Source: a virus | Virus record (IMG/VR): IMGVR_UViG_3300045988_004901 | Coordinates: 1-6,299 of that record | Length of the DNA: 6,299 nucleotides | Direction: 5' to 3' (one strand) | Shown: positions 4,274 to 6,299 of the stretch, in pieces | Position numbering within the stretch: position 1 is the stretch's first letter | Layout of the letters: each line of letters opens with the position of its first letter | The notes under the pieces: model-generated | The model's input: the letters and a program-made list of their open reading frames with translations, nothing else | What the model was told of the DNA's origin: nothing | Database searches by the model: none | Position numbers and translations under genes: made by a program

Positions 4274-6299
4274 TTATTCCAAACGAGGCACAACAACACG
4301 CGAGATAGGTAATTGAGCCGTACAATTAAAATGAATTTGACCCAAAATCTTATCGGTAACCTCAGTAACAGAGAATACATTATTAACAGAGCCAGGTTGC
4401 ATGACGGTAAATTCCTTACCTAATTCAGGCGCATTTTCAAAAGAGCGGAACATAATAAAATTACGCAAAGAAGACAAGAAAAGACCGTGCGCACGATCAT
4501 TTTTTTGGACATACTCGTACCAAGGACGCTGATAACCAAACACGGTATCGAGAGCCTTACCTTCAGAATAAGCCTGAAGAGGAGAAAGTTCGCGAAGATA
4601 AATAGGTTGATAACCGATATGATCAAATTCGGGATTAAAAGAGTCAAGACGTTCACGATAAGTAAGCCACTTAGGCAAAACAGAATCATAAACAGGCATA
4701 GGCATAACATACATAACACCCATTACAACGCTCTCTTCGTCACAAAAAACAGAGATAGAACCATCACTATTGCCAAAACAAGTAGCAAGACCAGCCTGAG
4801 AACCCAAAGAGCCAACATAAGCACCTGTATCAGCAGTTTCTACAGTTTGCGTAATAGGATTAACTATAATATCACGAGTAATACCACCAAGATATTCCGG
4901 CATGTTAAGAGCATCATAACGAACATTCACATCAAAACGGCCTTCAATGATTTCCTTATACGAAAAACCTCGGAACTGATTAAGTTCAAGATAGCGTTGA
5001 TAAGCATTAACATTGCGAAAATCATTAATAGAAATACCAGACGTAACAGGGGAAACAAGAGACTGCATATTAATAGCTTCACCAGCTTTCAGAGGCGTAT
5101 AGTTAACACCCTTAAGAGCTTCACCATTACTTTCAAAATCAACCTTAAACGCATTACCTTCCTCGTCAACAATTGCAGTATTGACAGTAGTAACCTCATG
5201 CCCAGCATCATTAATAGTCTTAGTTTCATAGGTAGTCAAGCCAACAAGAGGCGCAACACCTTGCTGAGGAGAAGTCAAAGCAGTGGTATAAGCATCAGAC
5301 TGCCAATTAGCATACATCAAAGAGGTAGGGGTAGAGCTATCAGCACCGCCTTCTTCGGAAGTAATCCAACGATTATAGGTTTTTTTACCATTAAGCAAAA
5401 ACGGATTATTGCGAGTATTACGTATATACGCATTATAAATGGCTTCATAAGCGCGGAAAGGATAAGCCGAAATTTTAATGGCATCGCTACTGGTATTAAA
5501 AGAACCATAATAAGGCGAAATAGGAGAGGCAGAAGAAACCGGGATAAATTTAGAAAACTTAAGAGAAAAATCAACCAATTTAAGCAAGGTATTGTTAGTC
5601 GCAGAAGTCAAAGAGGTTACAGGCGGACAAACAAATCCAAAAGTAGCACGAGGACTTTCAGACGAAGATGAATAAGTAACGCGAACCTTGAAAGTAACCG
5701 TCATAGTCTGAGTGCTTTCATCAACAGAATAAGGATTATTAAAGGAATCAATACCAATAGAAGTAAAAGGCTGCGGAGCCGTAGTAGATTGGGGATTAGA
5801 GCCAGTACTATAAACAATACGGGAATTCTGGCATTTTTTTAAATAAGCCATAGGATTAAAAGCCCGAGCAGAATCGCCAGAAAGACCTATTTTAACAGTA
5901 GCATTAAACTCAGCAGCAAAAGGTTCACCATGGGCGTCACCGGAATAAGGCAAATCAAAATATCCTAAAGGCTGATAACGCCAATAAGCACCTGCCATAG
6001 CAGAATTATCCAGAGGGACATTCCAAACGACACAATCACCAGAGGATGTATAACCAGCAAAATTTTTGAGAGCGTCATTACCTAAAGCGAGTGTAACATT
6101 ACCACCTTTAAAATAATTTTCACTCGTACCATTATTAAAAACAACAGAAAAATTTGAGCCAGGTTTAGACATAGAGACAGGAGGAGTCTGAGAGGGAGAA
6201 ATAGAACCTTGAGGAAGATAACCAAAAGTCATATCGAGAGAAGGTATACCAAAATAATCACCAAGACCAGAAGGCTTTAAACATCCACCGTCTTTAAGA
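4274..6299 (-). CDS. VP1: Major capsid protein VP1, remainder: 656 unique codons at 4274..6244. 6245..6299 duplicates 1..55. The track ORF 4274..6232 is an internal-Met truncation.
   Basis: The frame stays open from 6232 to the window end (..GIPSLD-MTFGYLPQG). Microviridae capsid motifs recalled from the family: SAYPFRAYEAIYNAYIRN (phiX F has QGYLNIYNNYF), WQSDAYTTALTSPQQG, ISINDFRNVNAYQRYLELNQFRG. Stop TAA at 4276..4274. Confidence 0.95.
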   Translation of the reverse strand, partial: LKDGGCLKPSGLGDYFGIPSLDMTFGYLPQGSISPSQTPPVSMSKPGSNFSVVFNNGTSENYFKGGNVTLALGNDALKNFAGYTSSGDCVVWNVPLDNSAMAGAYWRYQPLGYFDLPYSGDAHGEPFAAEFNATVKIGLSGDSARAFNPMAYLKKCQNSRIVYSTGSNPQSTTAPQPFTSIGIDSFNNPYSVDESTQTMTVTFKVRVTYSSSSESPRATFGFVCPPVTSLTSATNNTLLKLVDFSLKFSKFIPVSSASPISPYYGSFNTSSDAIKISAYPFRAYEAIYNAYIRNTRNNPFLLNGKKTYNRWITSEEGGADSSTPTSLMYANWQSDAYTTALTSPQQGVAPLVGLTTYETKTINDAGHEVTTVNTAIVDEEGNAFKVDFESNGEALKGVNYTPLKAGEAINMQSLVSPVTSGISINDFRNVNAYQRYLELNQFRGFSYKEIIEGRFDVNVRYDALNMPEYLGGITRDIIVNPITQTVETADTGAYVGSLGSQAGLATCFGNSDGSISVFCDEESVVMGVMYVMPMPVYDSVLPKWLTYRERLDSFNPEFDHIGYQPIYLRELSPLQAYSEGKALDTVFGYQRPWYEYVQKNDRAHGLFLSSLRNFIMFRSFENAPELGKEFTVMQPGSVNNVFSVTEVTDKILGQIHFNCTAQLPISRVVVPRLE
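6245..6299. repeat. Terminal direct repeat, copy 2 (duplicate of 1..55). Probably an assembly overlap.
   Basis: Same 55-mer as 1..55. Base 6245 corresponds to base 1 of the circle. Confidence 0.97.

Noticed and set aside
4420-5574. Embedded minus-strand ORFs in VP1 (4420..4719, 99 aa; 5317..5574, 85 aa).
   Set aside because: Same T-rich off-frame artefact: Leu/Ile/Phe/Cys-rich nonsense-like sequence with no supporting signals.
4500-5840. Three A7 runs on the coding strand inside VP1 (plus-strand T7 at 4500..4506, 5381..5387, 5834..5840). Two form A_AAA_AAN slippery heptamers.
   Set aside because: No downstream -1 frame ORF of meaningful length and no obvious stimulatory structure. Lys-rich codon pairs in an AT-rich genome explain them. 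Worth remembering only as potential sequencing or assembly indel hotspots.
1-6299. The terminal 55-nt repeat as a mobile-element LTR/TIR or phage cos/DTR, and the window as an integrated element.
   Set aside because: The repeat is direct and lies inside the capsid coding sequence, restoring its reading frame when circularised. No integrase, transposase or flanking host genes are present. This is consistent with an assembly overlap of a circular ssDNA phage genome.

Overview
This window is a complete, circularly permuted genome of a small ssDNA phage of the family Microviridae, from a non-phiX (Gokushovirinae/Alpavirinae-like) lineage. Bases 1-55 are repeated exactly at 6245-6299, so the molecule closes into a 6244-nt circle. 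All credible genes lie on the minus strand, so the given strand is the complement of the coding, presumably virion-sense, strand. Gene order along the minus strand: major capsid VP1 (785 aa; split by the linearisation point into 387..1 and 6244..4274), a 101-aa ORF, the DNA pilot/minor capsid protein VP2 (383 aa), a 414-nt non-coding region, a 78-aa ORF, the rolling-circle replication initiator VP4 (515 aa), and a roughly 91-99-aa predicted membrane protein. That last ORF overlaps the VP4 3' end, and its stop overlaps the VP1 start (TAATG). Points worth a second look: (1) VP1 carries about 250 extra residues between two conserved capsid blocks. (2) The overlapping single-pass membrane ORF is a candidate lysis or membrane effector. 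(3) The only non-coding region has a GC/CpG-rich half with clustered TCGCT/AGCGA motifs and several hairpins. (4) A 415-codon stop-free frame runs antisense to the VP1 core, which this gene's own codon usage outside that stretch does not predict. (5) Two small ORFs have no recognisable function. No rRNA, tRNA, CRISPR array, integrase or transposase is visible. Everything rests on manual reading and recalled family motifs; no database search was possible.
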